A DNA stretch of 62,842 nt, the filler included. It is 5 parts of 5 records of this genome, joined end to end, with 100 filler letters (N's around TTAATTAATTAA, not from the genome) between each part and the next. Parts side by side here need not be neighbours in the genome. Positions count along the whole stretch, not along the records: positions 14,176 to 34,190 come from SRR22947727_6288; 4 more parts are not named here. The stretch is one strand, 5' to 3'. The notes under the pieces were generated by a model. That model was not told where the DNA came from. It saw only the letters and a program-made list of their open reading frames with translations, and searched no databases. The position numbers and the translations under genes were made by a program. Every line of letters begins with the position of its first letter. Within the stretch, counting starts at the first letter, position 1. Positions 20,811 through 29,505 of the stretch are shown piece after piece.

Positions 20811-20896
20811 ATATATTCACAGTTAATATCAATCAACTCTGCTAGTTGTTTGATACAGTCTTCTAGGTTGCACATCTTCTCATAACGTGGAGTCAT
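20729..20896 (-). CDS. Small 55-aa ORF antisense to the cpeT 3' end
   Basis: MTPRYEKMCNLEDCIKQLAELIDINCEYIYDDCDPP...; minus-strand ATAAATA at 20930-20924 upstream. Confidence 0.4.
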   Translation of the reverse strand: MTPRYEKMCNLEDCIKQLAELIDINCEYIYDDCDPPLNKMDGLNSYNTPSSKPHN

Positions 20897-20953
20897 GGTT
20901 GCAATAATAAACTCATACAGTTATATTTATCCTCATCATATTCTCAGCATAAA

Positions 20954-20964
20954 TGTGGTATAAT
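20954..20964 (+). promoter_or_regulatory. Extended -10 promoter TGTGGTATAAT
   Basis: Identical 11-mer at 23502-23512 upstream of gmd. Confidence 0.6.
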
Positions 20965-20994
20965 ATATAACCTGATGTTTCTTAATACTTTATT

Positions 20995-21621
20995 TTGATT
21001 TTAACTAAGAAAGCATCTGCAATTGCAGTGCTAATCGGTGCGACCGTAATCCTTCCCGCATTAGCACAACTACCGGTACCACTAGAAGACCAGGTGTCTG
21101 AAGATATTGTAGAAATAGAAGATACTGAAACGGTACAGAAGTGGGACCTACCCAATGGAAACTACGCAGAAAGATATATTATCAAGGTTTTGCAAGAGAG
21201 GGGTATAGAAGATAAGTATGCCCTTGCTGTAATCCTAGGTAATATCAAACAAGAATCTAAATTTAACTCAAATATCTGTGAGGGTGGAGCACGAGTTGAC
21301 TATCACAGATGTTATCACGGTGGGTATGGTCTTATCCAATGGACCACCAGTGATCGCTACCATGGTCTAGGACGCCACTCTAGAGCACGGGGAATGAATC
21401 CTTCAACTCTAGAGGCACAGGTCTCGTATCTATTCACTGAGAGGCAGTGGAGAGGCATTGAGAGCAAGATGAAGAGACCCGGTCAATCAATGGGATACTA
21501 TATGGATAGTGCCTACTACTGGTTGGGGTGGGGAGTCCATGGCAACAGGACAGTTTATGCTCAACAATATCTAAGTTCTATGACACAGGTAGATGTTGTT
21601 GTATCTGATACAAATAAATAA
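20995..21621 (+). CDS. Phage tail-type lysozyme (Phage_lysozyme2-like) with N-terminal signal/TM
   Basis: AVILGNIKQESKF, GGYGLIQWT, STLEAQVSYL. Confidence 0.8.
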   Translation: MILTKKASAIAVLIGATVILPALAQLPVPLEDQVSEDIVEIEDTETVQKWDLPNGNYAERYIIKVLQERGIEDKYALAVILGNIKQESKFNSNICEGGARVDYHRCYHGGYGLIQWTTSDRYHGLGRHSRARGMNPSTLEAQVSYLFTERQWRGIESKMKRPGQSMGYYMDSAYYWLGWGVHGNRTVYAQQYLSSMTQVDVVVSDTNK

Positions 21622-21641
21622 ATTTACCTTATGATAAACTG

Positions 21642-22019
21642 ATGTTCAAGTTCCACTACGGTGCTAAGAAAAAATCCGCCAAAAGACTTTATATTGTAGG
21701 GATTGTTCTAGCACTAGTAGCAGACCTTCTTCATTCTCTATTGAAAGTGAAGAAGGAGACTCTATGGGACTTGATTGACGACATCGGTAGACAGTTCAAA
21801 ATCGAAGACATCAATGATGTGATTCTTTCAAACTCAAAGTTTTTAGATAGAAGAATCGAAAGAGATGTTGACGATGCCTTGAAAGACCTCAAAGATAAGG
21901 TAAAATGGGATGAGGTTGAGGTGCCTCAACCAACCTTCACTGAGACTCTAGAGGGGGAAACCCCACTCGGAGGAGAGATGAGATCAACTTACACATTCAT
22001 GGAAAAAGAAAATGAGTAG
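21642..22019 (+). CDS. Hypothetical protein with N-terminal TM helix
   Basis: Basic N-terminus, hydrophobic segment LYIVGIVLALVA; late promoter at 21614. Confidence 0.6.
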   Translation: MFKFHYGAKKKSAKRLYIVGIVLALVADLLHSLLKVKKETLWDLIDDIGRQFKIEDINDVILSNSKFLDRRIERDVDDALKDLKDKVKWDEVEVPQPTFTETLEGETPLGGEMRSTYTFMEKENE

Positions 22020-22176
22020 TCGTTACGAGGAAATCGTAAAGTACATCAACCAAGCGTTGAAGCAAGATCATCTCTACACAGATGAAGAATTGAAGTTCAT
22101 GAAACAACAACTCCGTACATTACGTGAAACTAAAAACCGCATCCGTCGAACAGACAACAATGGATTTGGATCTTAA
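22012..22176 (+). CDS. Small cyanophage hypothetical protein (54 aa)
   Basis: Below the ORF-track cutoff: MSSRYEEIVKYINQALKQDHLYTDEELKFMKQQL...NGFGS; fills the gap and overlaps both neighbours. Confidence 0.7.
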   Translation: MSSRYEEIVKYINQALKQDHLYTDEELKFMKQQLRTLRETKNRIRRTDNNGFGS

Positions 22177-22600
22177 AAAAGTTGGAGATCAATGCCTTCG
22201 ACTTGAGTCAGAAACAATAAATGTCATCGACAATAATATCAAGAATTTAATTTCTGATATGAAGGTCAAGATGGTTGAGTGGCGTGGCGTTGGTCTCGCT
22301 GCTCCTCAAGTTGGATACAACCTGAGAATAATTGTAGTCAAACTTGGATGTGGAAATATTCAAGAGATGATTAACCCACGTATCAGTTGGACATCAACCG
22401 AAAGGGAGACTATGTCTGAGGGATGTTTGAGCATTCCAATGACTACAGCAGAAGTGGAGAGACCATTAAAGATTAGAGTTAAGTTTCAATGCGTCAATGG
22501 TGAGTTTAAATATTGGTGCCTACATAACTTTGATGCCCGAGTAGTGCTCCATGAAATGGACCATTTAGAGGGTGTTCTAATGACCGATTATCTGGATTAA
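22160..22600 (+). CDS. def: Peptide deformylase, phage short form
   Basis: GVGLAAPQVG, EGCLS, HEMDHLEG; ends right after the last motif. Confidence 0.95.
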   Translation: MDLDLKKVGDQCLRLESETINVIDNNIKNLISDMKVKMVEWRGVGLAAPQVGYNLRIIVVKLGCGNIQEMINPRISWTSTERETMSEGCLSIPMTTAEVERPLKIRVKFQCVNGEFKYWCLHNFDARVVLHEMDHLEGVLMTDYLD

Positions 22601-22621
22601 TTATTTCTTTCCCACAAACAT

Positions 22622-22921
22622 ATGGATGATAAACAATTAAGCGACCTTAAGATGGATCGCAAAGAGTGTAAGAAGTGTGGTGCCGTTTGGATTAACGGAC
22701 AGCACTACTGGGCAACCGGTGCTATGGGCAGTGAGTTAAACCTAGCAGGTTTGATTTGTAACAAACTCGGAGGCGACACTTGTATCAACCCCATCAAAGG
22801 AGAGGAGGGTGGTGATACATGGGAGAAAAGGTTTACTGATCTTGGAGTTGGATATAACTCCAGAAAAGAAAAGATGGAAGCAGATAGAAAGAGGTTTGAT
22901 GAAGGATATTATGATGACTAA
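22622..22921 (+). CDS. Conserved Cys-rich cyanophage hypothetical protein
   Basis: CKKCGAVWINGQHYW, LAGLICN, CINP. Confidence 0.7.
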   Translation: MDDKQLSDLKMDRKECKKCGAVWINGQHYWATGAMGSELNLAGLICNKLGGDTCINPIKGEEGGDTWEKRFTDLGVGYNSRKEKMEADRKRFDEGYYDD

Positions 22922-22924
22922 GTG

Positions 22925-22954
22925 TTGACTAAAGCACATACAATGGTTTATAAT
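22925..22954 (+). promoter_or_regulatory. Sigma70-type early promoter
   Basis: TTGACT-N18-TATAAT. Confidence 0.55.
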
Positions 22955-22977
22955 ATGGAGGCAAACCAATCAGTCCA

Positions 22978-23202
22978 ATGACATCAAAGGATTTTAAAGC
23001 GAAGTTTCGTAAGTCACTTGGTATTCTACAGAATGCTATTGACCATACTACAGATCTTGACAGACAGCATCCGAAACTATACAAAAAAGTGTATAGGTAT
23101 TATGAGGATGCTGGAGTTGAGTTTTACAACGATCCCTACGAAGACTATCATATTGTGATAGAATGTGTAGCGAAAGACCTAAACTACGCGGAGGTTGTAT
23201 GA
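22978..23202 (+). CDS. Cyanophage hypothetical protein
   Basis: 74-aa ORF; stop overlaps the next ATG (ATGA). Confidence 0.7.
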   Translation: MTSKDFKAKFRKSLGILQNAIDHTTDLDRQHPKLYKKVYRYYEDAGVEFYNDPYEDYHIVIECVAKDLNYAEVV

Positions 23203-23438
23203 CAGTCCTACTCGAACGGTTCCCTTATCGATTCGTCGAAAAAGGTACTCTTGAGAATGGAAATCCAGACTACAGGATTCAGAAGGTAGATTCCTATTCC
23301 GGTAAATACGGTGATATGTATCTACTTGATAATTCTATGCAGTTGATGACTGCTATGGAAGACCACGAATATGTTAAGTGGTTGGACCCTGACGGTGTCC
23401 CTTCCTATATGAAGGATACTGTTGGTCGAGTTTCCTAG
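23199..23438 (+). CDS. Conserved cyanophage hypothetical protein
   Basis: MTVLLERFPYRFVEKGTLENGNPDYRIQK...KWLDPDGVP; GGAGG RBS upstream. Confidence 0.75.
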   Translation: MTVLLERFPYRFVEKGTLENGNPDYRIQKVDSYSGKYGDMYLLDNSMQLMTAMEDHEYVKWLDPDGVPSYMKDTVGRVS

Positions 23439-23466
23439 TTTTCTAAACTAGGTGGTGAGCATGACC
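23424..23466 (+). ncRNA. Candidate wcaG/manA-like cyanophage structured RNA element
   Basis: GGTC-GAGTTT-CCTAGTTT-TCT-AAACTAGG-TGGTGAGCAT-GACC; resembles from memory the GUUUC..GUGG.G.GCAUG arm of these motifs; lies upstream of gmd-fcl(wcaG). Confidence 0.4.
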
Positions 23467-23472
23467 CTCTGT

Positions 23473-23502
23473 AACCACCCCTCTAGCAGGGGTGGTTTTT
23501 TT
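23473..23502 (+). terminator. Rho-independent terminator followed directly by an extended -10 promoter
   Basis: AACCACCCCT-CTAGC-AGGGGTGGTT plus T tract, then TGTGGTATAAT. Confidence 0.88.
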
Positions 23503-23533
23503 GTGGTATAATTAGTGGAAATACTATGATTAA

Positions 23534-24535
23534 ATGAAGGTAGCACTAATCACAGGTATCACCGGACAAGACGGGTCATACCTAGCAGAGTTGCTCTTAG
23601 AAAAAGGTTATGAAGTCCACGGTATTATCCGTAGAGCATCTCTTATTAATACCGGTCGTATTGACCACATCTTTGACAAGTTACATTTACATTATGGTGA
23701 CTTGACTGACTCTCTCAACATTGTCAAGATCATTCAGAATGTAGAACCAGACGAGATTTACAACTTAGGGGCACAGAGTCATGTGAAAGTGTCCTTTGAG
23801 GAACCAGAATATACAGCACAGACTGATGCTCTCGGCACTCTACGAGTCCTGGAGGCAGTCAAACTACTTGGTATGAGAGATAGGACAAGAGTTTATCAGG
23901 CATCAACCAGTGAGTTGTATGGGTTGGTCCAGGCTGTGCCACAAACAGAAGATACACCCTTCTATCCACGATCTCCCTATGGAGTTGCTAAACTATATGG
24001 GTACTGGATTGTAAAAAACTACAGAGAAAGTTATGGCATTCATGCTAGTAGTGGAATTCTTTTTAATCATGAATCACCAAGAAGAGGAGAGACATTCGTC
24101 ACTCGAAAAATTACCAGAGCTCTCGGAAAAATCTCTACAGGTCTTCAGAGAACGCTGGAACTCGGTAACCTCAACGCCAAGCGAGACTGGGGACACGCCA
24201 AGGACTATGTAGAGGCAATGTGGTTGATGCTACAACAACAGAATCCAGATGACTATGTGATTGCTACAGGTAAGCAGTATTCTGTAAAGGACTTCGTTGA
24301 TGAAGCAGCACCATACTTTGGTTTTGATATTGAATGGCGTGGTGAAGGACTAGATGAAGTAGCATACTGTAAGAATGTTCAGCGTAATATCATTACAGTA
24401 TCACCAAGATACTTCCGTCCTGCTGAGGTTGAGTCATTACTAGGTGACCCAACTAAAGCACGAGAAGTGCTTGGATGGGAACCACAAATTGATTTCAAAG
24501 AACTCGTCCAAGAAATGTGTATCCACGGTCAATAA
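23534..24535 (+). CDS. gmd: GDP-mannose 4,6-dehydratase
   Basis: [60 protein letters not shown]. Confidence 0.97.
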   Translation: MKVALITGITGQDGSYLAELLLEKGYEVHGIIRRASLINTGRIDHIFDKLHLHYGDLTDSLNIVKIIQNVEPDEIYNLGAQSHVKVSFEEPEYTAQTDALGTLRVLEAVKLLGMRDRTRVYQASTSELYGLVQAVPQTEDTPFYPRSPYGVAKLYGYWIVKNYRESYGIHASSGILFNHESPRRGETFVTRKITRALGKISTGLQRTLELGNLNAKRDWGHAKDYVEAMWLMLQQQNPDDYVIATGKQYSVKDFVDEAAPYFGFDIEWRGEGLDEVAYCKNVQRNIITVSPRYFRPAEVESLLGDPTKAREVLGWEPQIDFKELVQEMCIHGQ

Positions 24536-24537
24536 AA

Positions 24538-25476
24538 ATGATTATCAACAACTCTACAAAGACATTGGTATTAGGTGCTGGCGGTCTTGCTGGCAGTGCC
24601 ATTATGAGACAACTAAAGAAGAGACAGTTCGAACATGTCCTCTGCCCACGCTCTAAAGAATTGGACCTGAGAGACCAACGTGCTGTTGATGATTACTTCA
24701 AGTACCATCGTCCACAACACGTCTATCTTGCTGCCGCTACAGTCGGTGGTATTATGGCAAACAAGACACGAAAGGCAGAGTTTCTATACGACAATCTAAT
24801 GATTCAATCCAATGTGATTGACTCTGCCTACTACAGTGGAGTTGAGAAACTCCTATTCCTAGGCACATCTTGTATCTACCCTGCTGGTAGACAGCATCCC
24901 CTCAAAGAAGATGAGTTGTTGACTGGTCCTCTAGAACCAACTAATGACGCCTATGCCATCGCTAAGATTGCTGGCATTAAGATGTGTGACTTCTATCGAG
25001 AGCAGTATGGATTCAATGCCATCTCTTTGATGCCACCTAACCTCTATGGTCCTGGTGACAACTACGATGAGAACAGTGGTCACGTTATGGCATCTCTACT
25101 GAAGAAGTTTCATACTGCTATGAAGAACAACGACCCGACAGTTACTTGTTGGGGTGATGGTAGTCCGATGAGAGAGTTTTTATATGTTGATGACCTAGGT
25201 GAAGCGTGTATGTTCTTTATGTCTAATTGGAATCGCTCTGGTCCACTCAATGTTGGAACTGGTGAGGACATCACTATCAAGCACTTGGCAGAGACAATCG
25301 CCAAGGTTGTTGGTTTTACTGGTGAGATTGTTTGGGACACATCAAAACCAAATGGTAACCCGAGGAAACTCCTTGACAGCACAGTCGCCAATGTATTAGA
25401 ATGGTATCCATCACACACTTTAGAAGGTGGTATTGAATTGACTTACGAATGGTATTTGGAGAACTATGATGTATAA
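24538..25476 (+). CDS. fcl: GDP-L-fucose synthase family epimerase/reductase (Fcl/WcaG; may act as ColC)
   Basis: AAATVGGIMAN, FLGTSCIYP, LEPTNDAYAIAK, PNLYGPGDN, HV, WGDGSPMREFLYVDD. Confidence 0.93.
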   Translation: MIINNSTKTLVLGAGGLAGSAIMRQLKKRQFEHVLCPRSKELDLRDQRAVDDYFKYHRPQHVYLAAATVGGIMANKTRKAEFLYDNLMIQSNVIDSAYYSGVEKLLFLGTSCIYPAGRQHPLKEDELLTGPLEPTNDAYAIAKIAGIKMCDFYREQYGFNAISLMPPNLYGPGDNYDENSGHVMASLLKKFHTAMKNNDPTVTCWGDGSPMREFLYVDDLGEACMFFMSNWNRSGPLNVGTGEDITIKHLAETIAKVVGFTGEIVWDTSKPNGNPRKLLDSTVANVLEWYPSHTLEGGIELTYEWYLENYDV

Positions 25477-26629
25477 GTGGCCACTAATGGGTGACACAGT
25501 CACCAAAAGAGATCGACTCAAGATGGCGTGGTTTTGTCTAACCACAGGCAAGTTTACTGCTGGACAAAAAGTCTCAGAGTTTGAGGCACAGTGGGCAGAC
25601 TGGATTGGTTCGGAATATGCTTTGTTTGTATCCTCTGGAAGCACTGCTAACACACTTCTAGTTGAGTCGTGGAAAGAGACCTACCACATTCCCGATGGAG
25701 CAAAGGTAGTTGTCCCTGCCTGTACTTGGGTCACCAACATTGCTCCTATCATCCAGGCAAATCTACAACCGGTCTTCTGTGATATCAACTTAGACGACTT
25801 CAGTTTTGATAAGAATTCCCTACAAGACATTAAGAGATACCATCCAGACATCACTGCTGTCTTTGTAACTCACCTCCTAGGATATCCATCTGACCTTGAG
25901 ATGGTTTCTGCTACCTTCCCTGACGCTCACATCCTGGAGGATGTCTGTGAGTCACACGGAGCAACTCTGAAGGGTGGTAAGATGGCAGGTACTCACGATA
26001 TTGGAGGCACTTTCAGTTTCTACTTCGGTCATCACATGACTACCATCGAAGGTGGTATGGTTGTGACTGATAGACCAGACCTCTACGATATGATGAGGAT
26101 GAAGCGTGCTCATGGATTAGCACGAGAGAGTTACCGTCATATTGAGTATGCCTCAGAAAATCCTGATGTAGATCCTAAGTTCTTGTTTATGACTGACGGT
26201 CATAACTTTAGAAACAATGAGATCGGTGCTGTATTGGGTAAGTCTCAACTCAAGCGTCTCGATGATATGATTGAGAAGAGAATGGTGAACTACCTCATAT
26301 GGAGCGACATTATGACAAACTATCACCATAAGTTTATTGTCCCTGATATTTCATACAACTCTAGCAATTTTGCCTTCCCATTCATCGCTCAAACCAAAGA
26401 GATTCACGAGAAGTTTTCTAATCTTCTCACAGAGTATGACGTTGAATATCGTCCAATCGTTAGTGGTAATCTACTGAGACAACCATTCCTCAAGGATAAG
26501 GGTTATGGTAGTCCTGAGTCATTCAGGAATGCTGAAGTCTTACACGAGAGGGGACTCTATGTCGGCAACAGTCACTTTGTTAATGACTATCATATGGATA
26601 TGTTACTTGAAATCCTGAAGCAACTATGA
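25466..26629 (+). CDS. DegT/DnrJ-fold PLP enzyme, ColD/E1-type 3-dehydratase
   Basis: SSGSTAN, EDVCESHGA, TFSFYFGHHMTTIEGG with His at the position of the aminotransferase Schiff-base Lys, RPIVSGNLLRQP. Confidence 0.8.
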   Translation: MMYKWPLMGDTVTKRDRLKMAWFCLTTGKFTAGQKVSEFEAQWADWIGSEYALFVSSGSTANTLLVESWKETYHIPDGAKVVVPACTWVTNIAPIIQANLQPVFCDINLDDFSFDKNSLQDIKRYHPDITAVFVTHLLGYPSDLEMVSATFPDAHILEDVCESHGATLKGGKMAGTHDIGGTFSFYFGHHMTTIEGGMVVTDRPDLYDMMRMKRAHGLARESYRHIEYASENPDVDPKFLFMTDGHNFRNNEIGAVLGKSQLKRLDDMIEKRMVNYLIWSDIMTNYHHKFIVPDISYNSSNFAFPFIAQTKEIHEKFSNLLTEYDVEYRPIVSGNLLRQPFLKDKGYGSPESFRNAEVLHERGLYVGNSHFVNDYHMDMLLEILKQL

Positions 26630-27417
26630 CATTCTCATTCAACCACCTAGGCAATCTGGGACATTTGGGAAACCAGATGTTTCAGTATGCTGCCCTCATT
26701 GGTCTAGGTAAGAAGCATAATAGACAGTTCTGTATTCCACATAATAGTGCTTTTGGTAAAGCATACTACCAAGAGTTGAGGAGCACCATCGATGATGCTT
26801 TCAATATTGACTGTCCTCGTGGTCTTAGTAGGTTTAAGACTATCCAAGAGAGCACCTTTCATTTCGATAGTAATCTCTTCAACCGACCCCCATATGAAGA
26901 CACAAACATCTATGGTTTCTTCCAGTCAGAGAAGTGGTTTAAGCACGCTGAGGAAGAGGTCCGTAAGGCATTTACATTCAAGAATGAGTATCGTGAAGTT
27001 GCTGAGTTGATGAGAGAGCAACTGAGTGGTGAGGTTGTAGCACTCCATGTCAGACGCACTGACTATATGACTAACCCCAATCACTATGCTTTGGGACTAG
27101 ACTATTACGAGAGAGCACTAGCACGGACACCAGAAGACCCCAAGGTCATTATCTTTACGGATGATGTAGAATGGGCAAAGGGACAAGAGTTATTCCCTGA
27201 CGATAGATTCTTCGTATCGGAGACAGACTGTGCCTATACAGATATGTGTCTGATGTCTCTATGTGACTATCACATCATTGGTAACAGCACCTTCTCCTGG
27301 TGGGGAGCGTGGTTATCCAATAGCAAACAGGTCATCGCACCAAGTCAATGGTTTGATGGTGACCAAAAAACAAATAAACTCGATGACCTTTACTTAGATA
27401 ACTGGATTGTATTATGA
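26626..27417 (+). CDS. GT11 alpha-1,2-fucosyl(colitosyl)transferase
   Basis: GHLGNQMFQYA, GFFQSEKWF, LHVRRTDY, FTDD, NSTFSWWGAWL. Confidence 0.92.
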   Translation: MTFSFNHLGNLGHLGNQMFQYAALIGLGKKHNRQFCIPHNSAFGKAYYQELRSTIDDAFNIDCPRGLSRFKTIQESTFHFDSNLFNRPPYEDTNIYGFFQSEKWFKHAEEEVRKAFTFKNEYREVAELMREQLSGEVVALHVRRTDYMTNPNHYALGLDYYERALARTPEDPKVIIFTDDVEWAKGQELFPDDRFFVSETDCAYTDMCLMSLCDYHIIGNSTFSWWGAWLSNSKQVIAPSQWFDGDQKTNKLDDLYLDNWIVL

Positions 27418-28139
27418 CTAGCGTTGCTATTATCTTTATTGGTACTGGAAGGTATCTAGATTTTTTTCCTGATTACTATGAAAGCGCAGAATCCAACCTA
27501 TTCCCTGGCGTCTCTAATCATTACTATGTTTTTACTGATGGTATGTTTGATGGTGAGTTACCCGACAATGTAACTGCTATCCCATTAGAGCATATGGAGT
27601 GGCCATATATCACACTCTATCGCTTTAAGATTATCCTTAGTGCTATAAAGAAGATTGGGAATCACGATTATCTCCTCTTTATGGATGCTGATACTCGTGT
27701 GGTAGATGAAATCAAATTTGAAGATATGTTTGATGATAAGAAACCATTGACTGGTGTCCATCATCCTTGTCACGACCTAGGGATGGACCCACACAAAGAG
27801 TTCCCTGGTGCCTTTGAGACCAACCCTGCATCCACTTGCCACATCAAACCAGGTGAAGACATCTCTGTCTACTGGCAGGCGTGTGTATGGGGCGGTAGGA
27901 TGAAGGAAGTCAAGGAGTTGATGGAAATCCTAGACGATAGGATTACTGTTGATGAGAGTAATGGAATCATTGCTCAGTGGCACGATGAGAGTCAACTCAA
28001 TCGTTACTTCCTCGACAATAAGGACAAGGTAAATACTCTCACACCATCCTATGCCTATCCTGAGATATTCAAAAGTGTTATGGAGCATCCACCAAAGATT
28101 GTTCATCTAGCAAAAGAGAATTCTGAGTATCAGGTATGA
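27414..28139 (+). CDS. GT6 (ABO-family) alpha-1,3-glycosyltransferase
   Basis: IGTGRY..F, YYVFTD, WPYITLYRF, FMDAD, HP, YWQACVWGG, WHDESQLNRYF, YAYPE. Confidence 0.9.
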   Translation: MTSVAIIFIGTGRYLDFFPDYYESAESNLFPGVSNHYYVFTDGMFDGELPDNVTAIPLEHMEWPYITLYRFKIILSAIKKIGNHDYLLFMDADTRVVDEIKFEDMFDDKKPLTGVHHPCHDLGMDPHKEFPGAFETNPASTCHIKPGEDISVYWQACVWGGRMKEVKELMEILDDRITVDESNGIIAQWHDESQLNRYFLDNKDKVNTLTPSYAYPEIFKSVMEHPPKIVHLAKENSEYQV

Positions 28140-28882
28140 CTGAAGGATATGTAGTTGTCGCCATTGGTGATGTATACTTGAAGATGGCGGAGGTCTTTGT
28201 CCAGACTCTCCGTCATCGTGGTGATGAAAGACCAGTCCATATCGTCCAATCAACGATGGGACTACAGAACAGAGGTCTATGTAATACAGACTTCGAGAGG
28301 AACGGGACACTACCAAAGGTGTCTCTTGATAGAATCGCCCCCTTTGACCACAACATCTATCTCGATATTGATATGATGTGTATTGGTAACACAGACTATG
28401 TGTGGGACCTATGTAAAGGGCAAGACCAGTTCATCTATCAAACTGGTATTGAAGGTGATAGGACATTCAATAGAGGAGAGATTGCTGCCTTCACTGAAGA
28501 GAAAGGTTGGGGCACGGCACCACGAGTCCAAGGTGGTTTCATCTATCTCAATAAGGAGAAACTAGACCCGGAGTTCTATCCGTGGTTGAGAGAGGTCTTC
28601 CTTAACTATCACGACTACTTCAGCAAACCACTGAGGTATAAGAATAGTAGGACAGACCAGACTATCTACTCATTAGCACACGCTAAGTTTGGTCTGAAAG
28701 TCCTACCGATGATAGAGAAACCAGTGATGACCTTCCTAGATAGATACGAGACACTGCCCACCAAGAGAGTATTCTTCAAGGGACAAGAGGCAGTTTTAGA
28801 TAAGGATGTTGCCTTCTGTCATATGATGGCAAAACCAGGCAATCCAATCTATAATAAACTATATACCGAGGCAATGAAATGA
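28136..28882 (+). CDS. GT-A fold glycosyltransferase (GT8-like)
   Basis: PK....APFDHNIYLDID (DxD), QGGFIYL, DQTIYS. Confidence 0.65.
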   Translation: MTEGYVVVAIGDVYLKMAEVFVQTLRHRGDERPVHIVQSTMGLQNRGLCNTDFERNGTLPKVSLDRIAPFDHNIYLDIDMMCIGNTDYVWDLCKGQDQFIYQTGIEGDRTFNRGEIAAFTEEKGWGTAPRVQGGFIYLNKEKLDPEFYPWLREVFLNYHDYFSKPLRYKNSRTDQTIYSLAHAKFGLKVLPMIEKPVMTFLDRYETLPTKRVFFKGQEAVLDKDVAFCHMMAKPGNPIYNKLYTEAMK

Positions 28883-29505
28883 GTTATTTCTCTGACGAGG
28901 AAAACGACTTTACAGTATATGAAGCACCTAAGAATGGTGGCACCACACTGAGGTTGTGGATTTGTTATGCAGGCACTGGTGAGATTATCAAGTCCACCGA
29001 TGCTGCCTACTATGCAGGCACAGCAGAGACATATCAACTACTTCAGGACTGGGGATATACTAATAAGAAGTTTGAACAGGTAAGTACAACCGAGAAGGTT
29101 TGTATCAAGCGAAATCCAATTGATAGATTTATCAGTTGCTTCTACGACAAAGCGATTAAAGAAGGAAGAATCAAGACAGACATTGATACATTCCTAGACA
29201 ACTTTGATGTAGAAATCAAAAGGTCAAAGGAGAAGATGAATGATGGGAAGACAAACTTCCTACGCTTTCATCTTGCTCCTCAGTCATGGCACTTCGGTAA
29301 GAATCCAAAATACTATGACCATGTATTTGATGTGAGTGAAGTTGGTACTAAACTTAAAGAGTATCTTGAGGACAAATGGAAGGTTAGTCTACCTAATCTC
29401 CACGCTAGAAACTCAGGTGGTAGAAGAAAGTTTGATTTAACCACCAGTCAGATTCGTAAACTTGAAGAAATCTACAAAGAGGATTTTAATAATGGTTGGA
29501 TTTAA
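28879..29505 (+). CDS. Sulfotransferase (Sulfotransfer_2-like)
   Basis: 5'-PSB motif APKNGGTT, 3'-PB motif KRNPIDRFIS, HLAPQ, IYKEDF. Confidence 0.8.
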   Translation: MSYFSDEENDFTVYEAPKNGGTTLRLWICYAGTGEIIKSTDAAYYAGTAETYQLLQDWGYTNKKFEQVSTTEKVCIKRNPIDRFISCFYDKAIKEGRIKTDIDTFLDNFDVEIKRSKEKMNDGKTNFLRFHLAPQSWHFGKNPKYYDHVFDVSEVGTKLKEYLEDKWKVSLPNLHARNSGGRRKFDLTTSQIRKLEEIYKEDFNNGWI

